Positions 24,546 through 37,700 of a stretch of 64,000 nucleotides of DNA are shown one piece after another. Numbering within the stretch: position 1 is the stretch's first letter; the number at the start of each line of letters is the position of its first letter. The notes beneath the pieces were generated by a model, which saw only the letters and a list, made by a program, of their open reading frames with translations, was not told the origin of the DNA and ran no database searches. The position numbers and the translations under genes are program-made. Origin of the DNA: Adineta vaga (Eukaryota > Animalia > Rotifera); contig CP075492.1 of NCBI GenBank assembly GCA_021613535.1, positions 4,960,001 through 5,024,000 on the forward strand, read 5' to 3'.

Positions 24546-25650
24546 ATGACAACAATAACACTTGCAAATCAATTGACAGATTTAACTACCAAACTTATGA
24601 TGTATTACATGACACCCATTTATATTATTGGTATACTAGGAAATCTAATTAATATTATTATCTTTTCTCGTCGAACATTACGTTCAAATACATGTTCACT
24701 TTATTTTATTGGTATGTCAATAAGTCAAATTCTTCTTTTTAATACATTTGGATTAACACGAGTTATTACATCTCGAACTGGTATTGATTTAGGTGGAGTC
24801 TATGTTGGCCTATGTAAATTACGAATCTTTGGTTACACATTTAGTCTTGGTCTTACACGTCAATTTTTATGTTTAATATCAATTGATCGTTGGATAATAT
24901 CAGCAAAACATGCACATATACGGAAAATTAGTTCACCGAAAGTCGTCCGTTGGTTAATTATTGGCAGTGTTTGTTTTTGGGCTTTGTTTAGTATGCATGG
25001 ATTGATTGGTTATCAAACAACACCAACATATTTCTGTGGAGCTCCACTAGGTTCTTTCTATGCGTCATTTTATGCTATTCAAATAACAATAGCATCGATT
25101 ATACCATTCATTGTTATATCTATATTCTCGATGTTAACTTTACGTAATATTCGTCATCATCGACGTATTCGAACGATTAATCCAAATCTTCTTCTATCTG
25201 CAACAGCAAATGTTTCTCTACCTCAAACACTCAATTATCGTCGACGTGAATTTCAATTGATTAAAATCTCATTCTTACAAGTCATCTTCTATGTTACTTT
25301 GGCAATGACATCAACAATTTTTCCTCTCTATTCATATTTAACAAGTACATTACCGAAAAGTACAGATCAATTAGCTATTGATGCATTTATTATTTCATCA
25401 GCTTTAATTCTTCTCTATACATATACAGCAGTATGTATCATGATTTTTTTTTCTTTCGATTAAAATTAAGTTTTCTTCTTTTATTTACTAGTCAACATTC
25501 TTCATCTATACATTAGCATCGAAAGCATTTCAAAAAGAATTTCTAATTACATGCGCTATAATTTTCAAACATATCAAACGTGTTATTTTTTTAAATTACC
25601 CATTTATTTCAGAAAAATTCATGAAAAATATTATCAACCAATATAGTTAA
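24546..25650 (+). CDS. Rhodopsin-like GPCR, 2 exons
   Basis: GILGNLINIIIF, CSLYF, LCKLR, ISIDRW, seven hydrophobic segments; intron 25431-25491 followed by STFFIYTLASKAFQKEF. Confidence 0.85.
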
Positions 25651-25884
25651 ACTGTTTTGTCTGAAATTCGAAAGTTATTTTTCTTAAAATTCGTACAATT
25701 TCATAATATGCTTCGTCTAATCTCATCATACGCGAAACGCATCATTGTTTCTAATGCACTAATGCATTATGTTTTACCTCTACATTCAGATTGGTTCATA
25801 TATATATATACATGGTTAAAAACTCATCTATTCTTTGTTTCGAAATAATTTTCTTTTCAAAATCAACATTCTCGCGATCGCGAA

Positions 25885-26355
25885 ATGAGTGATGATTCTT
25901 GTGATGAATTACCTCTTGATTCAAAACCTTTATCCAAAATTGGAAAACATATTTATTTCGATGAAGAACATGAAGATAATGCTGAAAATACTTTAATTCA
26001 ACAGAAAATAATCGAACGACCAGTTTCATCAACAATTCGTATGGATGGTAGTGATTTAATATCACGATGTCAAAATCTGATTCCATTATTATCGGATACA
26101 AATGCAAATACTACGAGCAAAGATCAATCTGATGACAAGAACAATAATGAAGACGAGGAATTTCATCTACCTGATGATAATGATGATAGTTCCAAATCAG
26201 AAAAGAATGCAAAAGAAAGCGGTGAAGCTTCATCTTCTGCTGATGAGGAAATTGTTAAAAAAAAACGAAAGAAGAAAAAAAAGAAAAAGAAAAAAAAATT
26301 AAAAACAGACCTAACAGATATTCCTGTTAATAATCAAGATTTATCTTCTCAATAA
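25885..26355 (+). CDS. Acidic, lysine-tailed 156-aa protein, possibly NOPCHAP1/C12orf45 (DUF4598)-like
   Basis: SDLISRCQNLIPLLSDTN resembles the DUF4598 core (S.LL..V..FLP.M..AN), followed by an acidic tract and a poly-K nucleolar-type signal. Family assignment is from memory of the motif only. Confidence 0.55.
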   Translation: MSDDSCDELPLDSKPLSKIGKHIYFDEEHEDNAENTLIQQKIIERPVSSTIRMDGSDLISRCQNLIPLLSDTNANTTSKDQSDDKNNNEDEEFHLPDDNDDSSKSEKNAKESGEASSSADEEIVKKKRKKKKKKKKKKLKTDLTDIPVNNQDLSSQ

Positions 26356-26418
26356 AAAGAAAACATTGATTATTATTATTATTTTTTCTTTTGTTTCTAG
26401 ATAATTAAAAAGTAGATC

Positions 26419-26922
26419 ATGTCAGCTGAAGGTGATGTCAATCCAAAAGCCTATCCATTAGCAGATGCAAAGCTTACCAAAGATATTCTGGAATTAGTTC
26501 ATCAGGCACAAAATTACGTAAGAATTATTTCTTTTTTTCCTTTTAATTCTAAAGTTTAATTTTGATTTTCTTAGCGACAATTACGAAAAGGTGCAAATGA
26601 AGCAACAAAAACTCTCAATCGTGGAAAATCTGAATTAATCAGTTCGTAATTTAATCATTGTTTTGTTTTTCCCATCTTTTGATTTCATTATCTTTTAGTT
26701 ATGGCTGCTGATACAACACCAATTGAAATTTTAATGCATCTACCATTATTATGTGAAGATAAAAATGTTCCATACGTATTTATACGTAGTAAACAAGCTT
26801 TAGGTCGAGCATGTGGTGTAACACGACCAGTAATTAGTGCAAGTATTACCATTAATGAAGGTTCACAATTAAAACAACAAATTCAAACATTAAAACAAAA
26901 TATTGAAAAATTGTTTACCTAA
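26419..26922 (+). CDS. SNU13: SNU13/NHP2L1 (15.5K box C/D snoRNP and U4 protein)
   Basis: Exons 26419-26517, 26575-26641, 26699-26922: [70 protein letters not shown]. Confidence 0.97.
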
Positions 26923-28298
26923 ATCAATAGACATATTTCATTTTGTTGTTGATTTTGTTTTCCAGTTTCAATAAAACACAAATCATATGTCAGTTAGGAC
27001 ATAGAAAAGAATATTTTAGCAGGTGATTTTATCGTATCAAGATACATTTGTTATCATAAAACCAATTTAAATACTTATCCTCGTCTTAAGTATATAGCAT
27101 GGAGTTTACTTGAAGGTCAAATCTAAACCGACAGGTTATTCCGTACTTTCAATAGTCTATGACGTATATGACTATAATCTTGTTCCAGTTTTTTTGTAGC
27201 TCAATTAGAAGATAGGTTAATGATCTTCTCGATTAGAACATGCTAATCCTGAAAAGGAAGATAGGTCTATAAATATTCAATTGATGTTCATTAATGAACG
27301 TCGAGAGACATTCAGGTAGATGACAACTCTATGATTGACGTGTGTATACGATTGTCACGCACATTTTCAAGAAAAACGGAACATTAATTAATTGACATTT
27401 CTTTCTTTCTTGTATTCACCATTCATCTATACACATATGTGATTAAAATCGAGCAACTAAAACATATTAGAAATGCAAGTAAACAACATATGTCTTGAGA
27501 TGATCAAACGTATTTATATTCGTGGTATGTGAGAATGTCTGAAGATTATCTTTTTTCTTTATGCATATCAATTGATGAGTAAAATCAAATAGAATGAAGA
27601 AGAGAACTATATATAAACAAAATAATTGAATTCTATTTCAAGTCAAAAGAAAACTGCCTAAAGGAATGCTTTTCAATTTTTATTTAATGATGATGCTGGC
27701 GTCATAACAAGTTACATATTTCATACATATACTTCACACTGAACACTAATCCGTCATTTTCAAGCTATCAATTGAAAGAAGAGAAAGAGTCTATTAAAAA
27801 ACAAGTGTGGATTTATTTTTTTAATAGGTAGCTAACTCGATATCGAGAGAGATTGAGGTGTAAACAAACTCAACTTTTTTTTTTCTTAGAAAAGTCGTCT
27901 GCACAGGTTCTTTTCGCACTTTCCGAACAAAATCATGCATTTGTCTCGTTATTTTCATTGGTTTATTTCTAATCCTTTATTTCCATTGGTTCAGATTTTT
28001 TCATCTATTTTTTTTCTTTCTCTCCAAGAGATTTCATTGGATAGAGAGCAGCTCGAAGGAGAGAAAGAAGAGAAGAGAAAAGAAAAAAGTCATCCTACTC
28101 TCATATACATATCGGTTGTCAATCAACATCGACTAACGATTATCGCGTGACGTACTCATTTTCTTTTTGCTACGTTGTATATTCGATGAATTTTGTTTCT
28201 CAATAAACTCAAAACGATTCTTCAAACTGGCCGCTGTAAATAGTCCAACAAAATATTCTTCGTCACCATTAGGTGATTATTATACGAATTATGCATCA

Positions 28299-29082
28299 AT
28301 GACGAGTGATCCATCAGCATTAAAATTTGGTTATACAGATCCATTTTCATTTGGTTTTAGTCAACATTCAAGTTTAGCATATAATGGTTCCTCACAACGC
28401 AAACAACGTCGAGAACGAACCACATTTTCTCGTGCACAACTTGATCAATTGGAAACATTATTTGATCGAACAAGGTATCCAGATATTTTCATGAGAGAAG
28501 AAGTTGCTATGAAAATCAATTTACCCGAATCAAGAATACAAGTAGGTTATCTTCTTGTAAAATAAATTAATAGGAATTGATTTGATTTTTATACATTAGG
28601 TTTGGTTCAAAAATCGTCGTGCCAAATGTCGTCAACAAGATAAAGCAACGAAAAAACCATCATCATCATCCAATAGTAGTTTACTTGACAAAAACGATAT
28701 ATCACCATGTAAACGTGAAGCAAAAAGTCCCCCACTTCGTCTTAATCGTCATTCTTCACCATCAACAAATGGTGGAACAAGTTCAGATAATTCGACAGCA
28801 TCAGCAGCTGCCGCTGCATCTTTAGCAGCTTGGTCATCACAAGCGGCTGCTTATCATCATCATATTTATCCGACATCCTATAGCCCAAATCAAGCACTTT
28901 TTTATAGTAACGACCCAACAGCAACAAATCCATCCATGTATGGAACTACTTATCGAAATCAAGAAATGGATTTTCTTCCACCGACGGGAATGTATGGACG
29001 TCCAAGTGAAGAATTTCTCAATGGATGGACCAATGCTCATCATCACCATCATCATCATCAAAACTTTAAAATTTTCAATTAA
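28299..29082 (+). CDS. Otx: Orthodenticle/Otx K50 paired-class homeobox; start may lie further upstream
   Basis: [48 protein letters not shown] / intron 28542-28599 / [13 protein letters not shown]; AAWS motif and C-terminal FKIFN tail. Confidence 0.93.
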
Positions 29083-30575
29083 TGTTGTGTTTGTAAGCGA
29101 ACAGTGTAGAGAAAAAAAAGCTGTTAAATAAATGAGAAAAAAAAGGTATTTAATTGGATGTAATGATGTTGACATATTCTCGTGGGTAGAAAGCTTAGCC
29201 TATTTGTCAATAAAGTCATAGAACTCTATGAAAAGTCAATCAAGAAAAAAGCTTCATTTTATCATTCTTTTTTTTCTCTTAACATCAATTAGTTTTTCTT
29301 TTGTGTATTATTAGACAGAGAGAAAAAAATGAGGAAGAATGGAATGGATTAACTAAAATCTAGAAATGAATATTGCTTTTTTCCCCTCTATCAACATATT
29401 GCTGGAGAGAAGATCATATAGGGCATTATTACTTGCGTTTCAAGGGAAAGCACACATCTAAATCTATTTATTCATGGGTACACATAAGATCGGATCATAG
29501 ACTCAATGCACAAAGAAAAAAACGTTTTTTCTTTTCTCTCTCTCTCTCTCTCATTCTTCTGTGCATGTTTATTTCCTTCATGCTGAGTGCATCAATATAG
29601 AACATCGTTCGCTCTGTATTCAGGTTTGAATCATAAGCCGATTAGTCGGGATTCTGATCTTCGATCGAGAATGAGTTAGATTACATTTTTTTCCCTTTAC
29701 AATAATGCAAACAGTAACAATCGCTAGGTGGTCTTTAAGCCGATAGTTTCTTTCTCTCTCGTTTTTTCTTGTTCCCACCTGAATGCCATACTCACCATTC
29801 CACTTCAAAAAAGAAACAGACACACGACACAATTTGACGCCTAGAGCAAAGCTTATCTTATTCACGGCGTCAGAATGACACCAAAGAACGAAGAAGAAGA
29901 ACAAGAAGAAGAAGAAAAAAGATAATTAATTTTACTTTCCTAATTGATACCAAAGCAAAAGAAATCTCTCATTACAATATCAATAATTCATATATCTACA
30001 TAATATTCATTTGATTTTCACACGTGTACATGTCTACAGTATTCTCTGTGATAATGATGAGCACGTTAAGTAAATTGATAGTCAATTTCGCTCAGGTGTC
30101 GAATTCATATAGTAAATCAATACATGGCACGTTCGTATTCCTTTTTTTTCGCATCTATACATCAGACAACACATTATAGAGTCTTTTCTTTCTCTATCAA
30201 AACTGATCGATAGTATATATGTTTGAGTCGAGAGAATATTGTTAACTCACGTATTGTGATACGCTATTTATTTTTCTGTTTTCAAACAATCAATAAGAAG
30301 AGTTTAAATTGAATGAAAAATCTTTCATCAAGAACAATATCTATTCCTTCATTTCATAAATGCCATATAGATGTCGATGTATTTTATTTAACTGGTCATT
30401 TTTATCAACCATACGATAAGTTGATCGATTGGTATATACTCATATGTCGCAAACAGAAAGAAAATATTCTCATGATGAGAAGCTTATCGATCGACACAAG
30501 GACATTAATTTTTCGTTTGTTTTAGTTATTAAAAATGTGCTGATATATTTCAACATCGAATTGGGAAATTTATCG

Positions 30576-32053
30576 ATGGGTTTCGATATACAACGATTTT
30601 CCAATAGTATCGATGAAGACTTCATTTGTATATTTTCGACATCGAAAAATAAATTCTTTCAATCATTCTCTATTCAGGTTCGATATGTGGTGGTGTTTTA
30701 CAAGATCCACTGCAAGCCCCCTCATGTGAACATACGTTTTGTCAAGTGAGAAAAAAAAGCATTCTTTTGTTCTTTTTTTTCTGATTTTCTTCTATATAGA
30801 TTTGTATTCATGAATGGTTATCTCGATCAGAAACATGTCCCATTGATCGAACACCATTACAACTCGAGCAATTAAAACCCATACCAAGAATATTAAGAAA
30901 TCTACTCAATCGGTAAGAGTTTCATTTCGAAGTTTAAAGTACATTCCAATTGTGCGACTCGCCTACGCGTACTCACGAATTTTTATCTTATCAGTAATTG
31001 AGAATATTTATCTGGAGAAAAAAAACAGATGACGATTGCGATCAAATGAAAACTTTATTGATAATTCGATTCTTTTCAGTTTGGATATAGCATGTGAAAA
31101 TGAAGGTTGTTCGACAAGAATTAAATTAGAAAATCTTGTCAATCATCTGAATGAATGTGAATATAGTCCGAAGAAATTCATTTCATGTGAACATGGCTGT
31201 GGAATGATGATATTTCAAGATGATCAGACAGTAAGAATGCATTATTAACAATAATAATAGGAAAAAAAAAGAAATCGTATATGTTTAACTATTGAATAGA
31301 ATCATAATTGTATTCATGTTCTACGAAATGAATTGGATAATATGAAATGTGATTTAAAAAAATATAAAAATGATATTGAAGTTTATAAAAATGAAGTACG
31401 AACACTTCAGGTAGAAGATTTCAGTAGAAATTTCTTTCCAAGATGTATCTTGATACGATATTTTAGGAATTTATTCGTACCATTTGTGTTAATAATCCAT
31501 CAATAGCATGTTTTTTAGAAAGTGTAGAAAACAATGAAATATTATGGTATGCTAATTCTAACTGAATATGATAAATACCTTTTGGTTTTTATATTAGCTG
31601 GTCTGGTAGGTTACAATTAGCCCGTGTCACCCATTGGGGTGGAATGATATCAACTCCTGATGTTGTTTTACAAGATACGATAAAACATGCTTTAATGGAT
31701 AGTGGTTGTCCATTTGATGTAACAAATCAATTGATGGAAAATGCACATGAACGACATTGGCCAGAGGGACTTTCAACACTAGGTGAATATTTCTCAAGAG
31801 AAAGAAAAAGTCTCTATTTCCTTTTGTTTCTTTTTTTAGAAACTCGTCAATTAAATCGACGTCATTATGAAAGTTATATCTGTCGACGTATTCTCGGTCA
31901 ACAAGCAGTTGTTGTTCTTAGTTGTGATAATCGACATATGGATGAAATCATGCGTATGTAGAAATGATAAACAAGAAAATTTTATTTTGATTTATTTATT
32001 TTCTAGTTGTGGAACCAGGTATCGTCATGATCTTCTCTCATGGTGTTAAATAA
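30576..32053 (+). CDS. RNF41: E3 ubiquitin ligase NRDP1/RNF41, multi-exon
   Basis: MGFDIQRF..DEDFICSICGGVLQDP..CEHTFC..CIHEWL..TCPIDR (RING); ARVTHWGGMISTPD, MENAHERHWPEGLSTLETRQLNRR, EPGIVMIFSHGV (USP8-interacting domain). Confidence 0.93.
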
Positions 32054-32061
32054 TCGTTTTA

Positions 32062-32557
32062 TCAAAATGAAACACCGGAATCTTCTTTGAGAAGAAAATA
32101 GATTTTGACAGAACCATGTTGTTTTGTTTTCACGATTTCATAATGACGAATAAGAAATATAGCAGATAAACCATACATTAATGTTGGTAAACCTAAATTG
32201 AATAGTTTAAAGAAAGTATAAAGTCGATTTTCGGATGATAAATCCAATGTTTTCGGTCGTTGTGTACAATGATATTTGATATAAGGAAAACAACCTAAAG
32301 AAAATACTTCCATGTTTTTTTCAAAAAGATAAGAAAAGATTATTTTGATTACCAGTTCTTAAAATATGATAATTATGCCCATCGATATCAAATTCGAAAT
32401 GACTTTGACCAAATTGATCATTGAGACAATCGAATTGAGATAGAAAATATGATGTCCATGGTGGATAATTTCGTTGTTGAATATGACAACGAAGAACTTC
32501 AGATGCTTTTGGAAGTAATTTCGAACGAAAAATATGATTGTAAAAACTGATTAACAT
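32062..32557 (-). CDS. C15orf61: C15orf61 (DUF4528) homolog, 2 exons
   Basis: PKASEVL..WTSYF..NDQFGQSHF..NYHILRT/GCFPYIKYHC..NLGLPTLMYG..IYFLLKED. Confidence 0.88.
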
Positions 32558-32676
32558 TCTTTTCAATTCTATACATATCTATAAGATGATCACTTGATAT
32601 TTATTTCAATTAGATTTATATGAGATATCTTTTATTAACATATACAAAAAGAAAAGAAAATGAATAAATCTACATA

Positions 32677-33181
32677 TCACGACATTAATTGTGCTGGTCG
32701 TTTATTCGTATTAATCATTGCTGATTCCATCGTTGGTGTGAAAATACTCATATCTGGTTCTTCTTTAAAATCCATCATAAATTCTCCAATTTTTGTCACT
32801 GTTCCACCTAAAAGATAATCAACAAACAAACAATCTCTCTTAATACTTTCTTCACTTACTTCTTCCAGGTTTAACACATAATTCATTTTTAAATACTTGT
32901 GTAATACAATTTTGTAAACGAAGAATATCTCCTGGTGAGATTAATTGTCCTGCTGTATTCCAAACATTTAATGTTACTGAACCAGTTCGATCTGCAATTT
33001 TAAATGAATGAATTTCATGTCCTTCACGTGTCTTTTGTGGATTTGCTTGAATACGTAGAACAATGACAACTAAATTTATCTGACGTTGATTTGGTTCAAG
33101 TTTACCAACTACAGTTGTTGGTTCAAATCGATCAATGGGAGGAAGATTAACAACAAATGGTAATGTACCATCCGTATCCAT
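32677..33181 (-). CDS. NABP: SOSS complex subunit B (NABP1/2, OB-fold ssDNA-binding), 2 exons
   Basis: INLVVIVL..KTREGHEIHSFKIADRTGSVTLNVW..ISPGDILRL..GGTVTKIGEFMMDFKEEPDMS. Confidence 0.88.
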
Positions 33182-33213
33182 CTAGAATAGGAAAAAAAGA
33201 ATAAATACGGAAT

Positions 33214-34444
33214 TTATTTTGATAATGAAACAGTATAAGTAAAAAAATCATCAGCTATGAAAACGGGTATCTTTGTCGATTGTTTTGCTTGTTCTAGAAG
33301 CAGATCAACAGTAACCTCTTCATCATCTTCATCTTCCCCTTTTTCTCCTGTATTACTCTCTTCTTTTTTCGTTTTTTTCACAACGTTCTCTTTGTTTTCT
33401 AATGATTTTGGTTTATAACGTTGACTAAAATGATTCAAAAGTAAACATTTGGCATGACATTGTTCAGCAAGTGATGTTGCCATTGATGGTGTTGAATGAC
33501 CGAAATCAATAGCTTTTTCTTTTAGAGTATTATCATGTGTACATTCATGAACAAGAACATCACAGTTTTGTGCAAATGGAATAACATTAGATGCATCACA
33601 ACAATCACCAAGAATAACTAAACGACGACCAGGACGAGATGGACCAACATAATCCAATGGAGAAAGTACTCGACCATCATCGAGAGTAACAGTTTCACCG
33701 GCTTTTAAACGAGAACAAAATGGACCAGGTTTAATACCGGATTGTTGAAGTTTTTGTATATCAAATTTGCCTGGAAGATCACTTTCATCAATAATATAAC
33801 TAAATCGATAGATAATCGATGAAAAATTCCATTTTCAAGAGAATTAATTCTTACCCATAAGTTGGTACTCGATGTTTAATTGAAACCGCATAAATAGAAC
33901 AATTATCTTCATCATTTGTTAGATGATATCGTCCATCTTCATTGATCGTTACTGTTCTACATCGTTCATCTTTCTGTTGTTTTTCTAATGTTGTTTTGAT
34001 TAAATTTTCATCGACACCATCGTATGAATTTGGAATCAATTCAATAATTTCATATTTAAATGATAACCAAGAATGAGATAAGCGTAATGTTGTTTCAATA
34101 AATTCTCTTATCCCAAGTGGACCATAAATTGTCACAGGTGATGGCAATACACTTGAAGAAAGTGTACATAAAAATCCCGGTAGACCAAAAAGATGATCAC
34201 CGTGAAGATAGTTAGAAAGATCTTTGTTATACGTGATGCACGTAATGAAGATCGTTGAATTTGTATTTGTGTACCTTCACCACAATCGAATAGGTAAATG
34301 TTACTCGTTCCACTAACACGTAGAGCTAGAGAAGAATGAAATTTAGACGAAATAAAAGGTTTGATCATTTCCTGTACCAAGACTAGATGCACCGCGATGA
34401 GGACTTAGATTATTCGATCCTGTTCCGAGAAAAATCAGTTCCAT
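33214..34444 (-). CDS. ELAC1: Short-form tRNase Z (ELAC1), 3 exons, with a 1-bp deletion in the HxHxDH motif
   Basis: [20 protein letters not shown](H)[11 protein letters not shown] restored by adding one base at ~34209, IYGP.G, HRVPTYGY, GIKPGP exosite, [24 protein letters not shown]. Confidence 0.9.
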
Positions 34445-34759
34445 TCGCAGAGGAAATAAAATTACAAAATGACAAATACTTGTGCAATTTCATACCATTA
34501 AATGAATTCGACCAATCCAATCAGAGAAGAAAGATGTCAGTAAATGATTGAATTATTTTTCGAAATTTTTCAAATAAAATTTCAATTTTCTCCATCAAGA
34601 TTATAATCTTATTTACTGAATGAATTTTTTCAGGTAATTTTTTTTCAGAAAAATATGATTGAACAGTAAACAAGAAAAACAAAAGGAAGATTTGTCTAAT
34701 CATGCTAGGATTTCCTTTTTGTTTAATCAAGCTGACTACAAAATAAACATTTCGATGGC

Positions 34760-37700
34760 ATGGCGGCATCCGATATGCACACAAAAATCTATTCATTTCA
34801 AATAAAATTCGGTGTTTTCCATCAAAAAGTAACACTGACAATGACGAAACAAAATTTATCTATGAACACATTGCGACAAGTAGCAATTAAATTCATTCAA
34901 ACAATGGTAATATAATGTGTTGTTTTTTCTTTGCTTATCTTTTGTTCATTTTTCAAGTGTCCTGATCAAGATATAAAATTATTTCAACATCGAATTTTAT
35001 TATACCGATATGAACCATTATCATATCAAATATTAATGCCACTCAATCCACATAATGTTTGTCTTCCGGATACCATTGTTGAAGTTCTTATATCACGTAT
35101 GTTAAGAAAAAAAAGAAATTTAAAATAAAGAAGTCTAATCAAACTAACAACCCAAGAGAAAAACATTTCTGTTATTAACATATGACGAATAATAAACTAA
35201 GAATACTATTCTCGAGAGAAATATATAGCAGATTTTTCTTTTTCTTTAAAAAAAACAGATACTAAACAAGTGAATATACTATCTACTTGTTTAAAACACC
35301 TATTTATTTTTTCCTGTTGATATATATATATAATGTTAGTATGCGCATGAATGCCCATTCTTGTTATTAAACTAAAATTTGCTTCTTCTTCTTTTTCATT
35401 TCTTTCTTTCTTTCTTTTTACATTTTTTTTTCATCGACGTTATATGAAAAGTTCTTCGCCTTCAAGAGTCAATCTAATGAAAGCAAAGTATTAGTCGAAC
35501 GGTTTTCAAGGTAAAAGAAATCTTTCATTTGAATATTAACTAATTTAAATGAGTTCGATTGATAAAGTGTGAATAAGAGTGACTTTTTTTATTTTTGTTC
35601 TTTGTCTTTCTCAATGCTACTACTACTACTACTATTATTATTATTATTATTAATAATCATACGAATAACGGATGCTTATCGCACGTTCTTCTCTCGTCTT
35701 ACATTTATATGCACATGCCAAATATTGCATATATGTCGACAACAACACACTTGCTGTCGACTATCTGTCACACAGGAGAGCCGATAGCATAATAAGTAAA
35801 AAAGAAGAAAATGTGTATTTATGTATATGGTGGCATTTCTACAACTATCTTTTGCTTTAGTATTACCCACAGTGTTGACTATCAACGAATAATAGAAAGA
35901 AAAAAAGAACCATAAACGGTCGACGCTCGTTTATGTGTGCGACAGGAGTACAGATCAACAATTTGATAAGCGTATTTGTCGAATAGAGCAAGCGAACAGT
36001 TCTTTGATGCGTTGATTTAACAAGACATTCTCGTTCGAGAAATGATAGAAAGAGAGAGAGAGAGAGAAAGAGAAAGAGAAGAAGAAGAGAAAAAAACTAA
36101 AGATCGGTTTTCTTTTATAAGTGTTTCTTCTGACTGTCGATTATCCGCTCTTTTACTCAATTTGATTATATAGTTGAAGATTAGTTTTAGATTTTTTTCC
36201 ACAAACAAATATTCACACTCTATGCTTTTCTTCTCTTAACAATGAGAAATTTATCTCCAAAGACTAGATTTTTTCTGTTATTTTCTCAGTCAAATTTGAT
36301 TAACCAAGTGATCTATCTTCATAAATATTGAATAGTAATATATATATATATATATATATTGAAAGATGCATTGATTTGTTTTTTTTTCTCTTTTTCTCTA
36401 GCATACATCATGAGTGACTGTCCACATCCAGTTCCTCATATATTGAGTTTACATACATATTTATCACCAACATTTTGTGATTTATGTGGACAATTTTTAT
36501 TTGGTCTCTATAAACAGGGAATGAAATGTGAAGGTAAATTACCTTGTTTTTTCAGAGATTGATTTCTTTAAAATTGATTTTCAAGGTTGTGGTCGAAATT
36601 TTCATAAAAGATGTGTATCGGATTTACGAGACAATTGTTCATCAATGGAACGGAAAATGTCGGATATTGCATTGTCACATGATGACGTAAGAAAAGAATT
36701 TTAGACGCAAATCAAAGCATATTGTTTTCTTTTTAACTTTGTTATTTACTTTCTTATTGATCGAACATTTGTTATTTTTCATCTCGTTATATGATGCTAA
36801 TTTATCCAAATTAGTCTTCATTGATATCGGAGAAGACAACTGTCAACTTACGATTTTCATGCTTTCGAAGTAAAGATTAACTCGAAATAATTTTAGTTAA
36901 TCATACAATGTAGAGATATCTCTATCTTTGATGGATAGATAATCAGTTCCGGAAAATGACATTTGGAAAGCATTAACCTTTCATGTCTTTTCTTATTCTA
37001 TTATTGTCATAAGAAGTCTACCTGAATACTTCTCTTTCGTAAACAAGAACCGTCCTAATTGGAACCCGTTCTTTTATTATAGGATGCCAATGATTTTCGG
37101 AAACGACTGACATTGAGTGGTGCAGATTTACCAACAGCATTGCCACATTGTTTTTATGTACACAGTTATCGATCACCAACAAAATGTCATATTTGTAAAC
37201 GTTTATTGAAAGGCCTTGTTAAGCAAGGCTATCGTTGTAAAGGTAAGACCTCAATTCTTCTTATTTCCTTTCTTTTATGTAAAAAAGAAACTCTTTTGAA
37301 GATTGTAAAATGAGTGTACACAAAAAATGCATCCCGAAAGCAACGAAAAATTGTCGAGGCATGTTAATTCCGCATATGTCGGGAGGTAAGAAAAGAAGAA
37401 AATTAATAAATATTTCATATTATATATTAGATGATGATGACGACACTATATCTCGTGAAACAACAGATGATCTAGCAATTGGTGGACGATTGCGTGATTT
37501 ATCACCATCGCCCATGCATCTTATTGATAATGATGAAGATGATATTGAATGTTCATCGACAGCATCATCTTTATTTTCTCGTCATGGAAATATTCGTGCT
37601 CAACGTCTCATTCAAAGTATAAAACGTGTAAAAAAAGCAAGTGGTGAAGCTCTTTTTTGGGAAGGCTGGATGGTTCATACAACTGAAAAAGAACCATTAA

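Noticed and set aside
35569-36208. Cluster of short ORFs inside the long PRKD intron
   Set aside because: Explained by (CTA)/(TTA)/(GA) low-complexity runs; no coherent protein.
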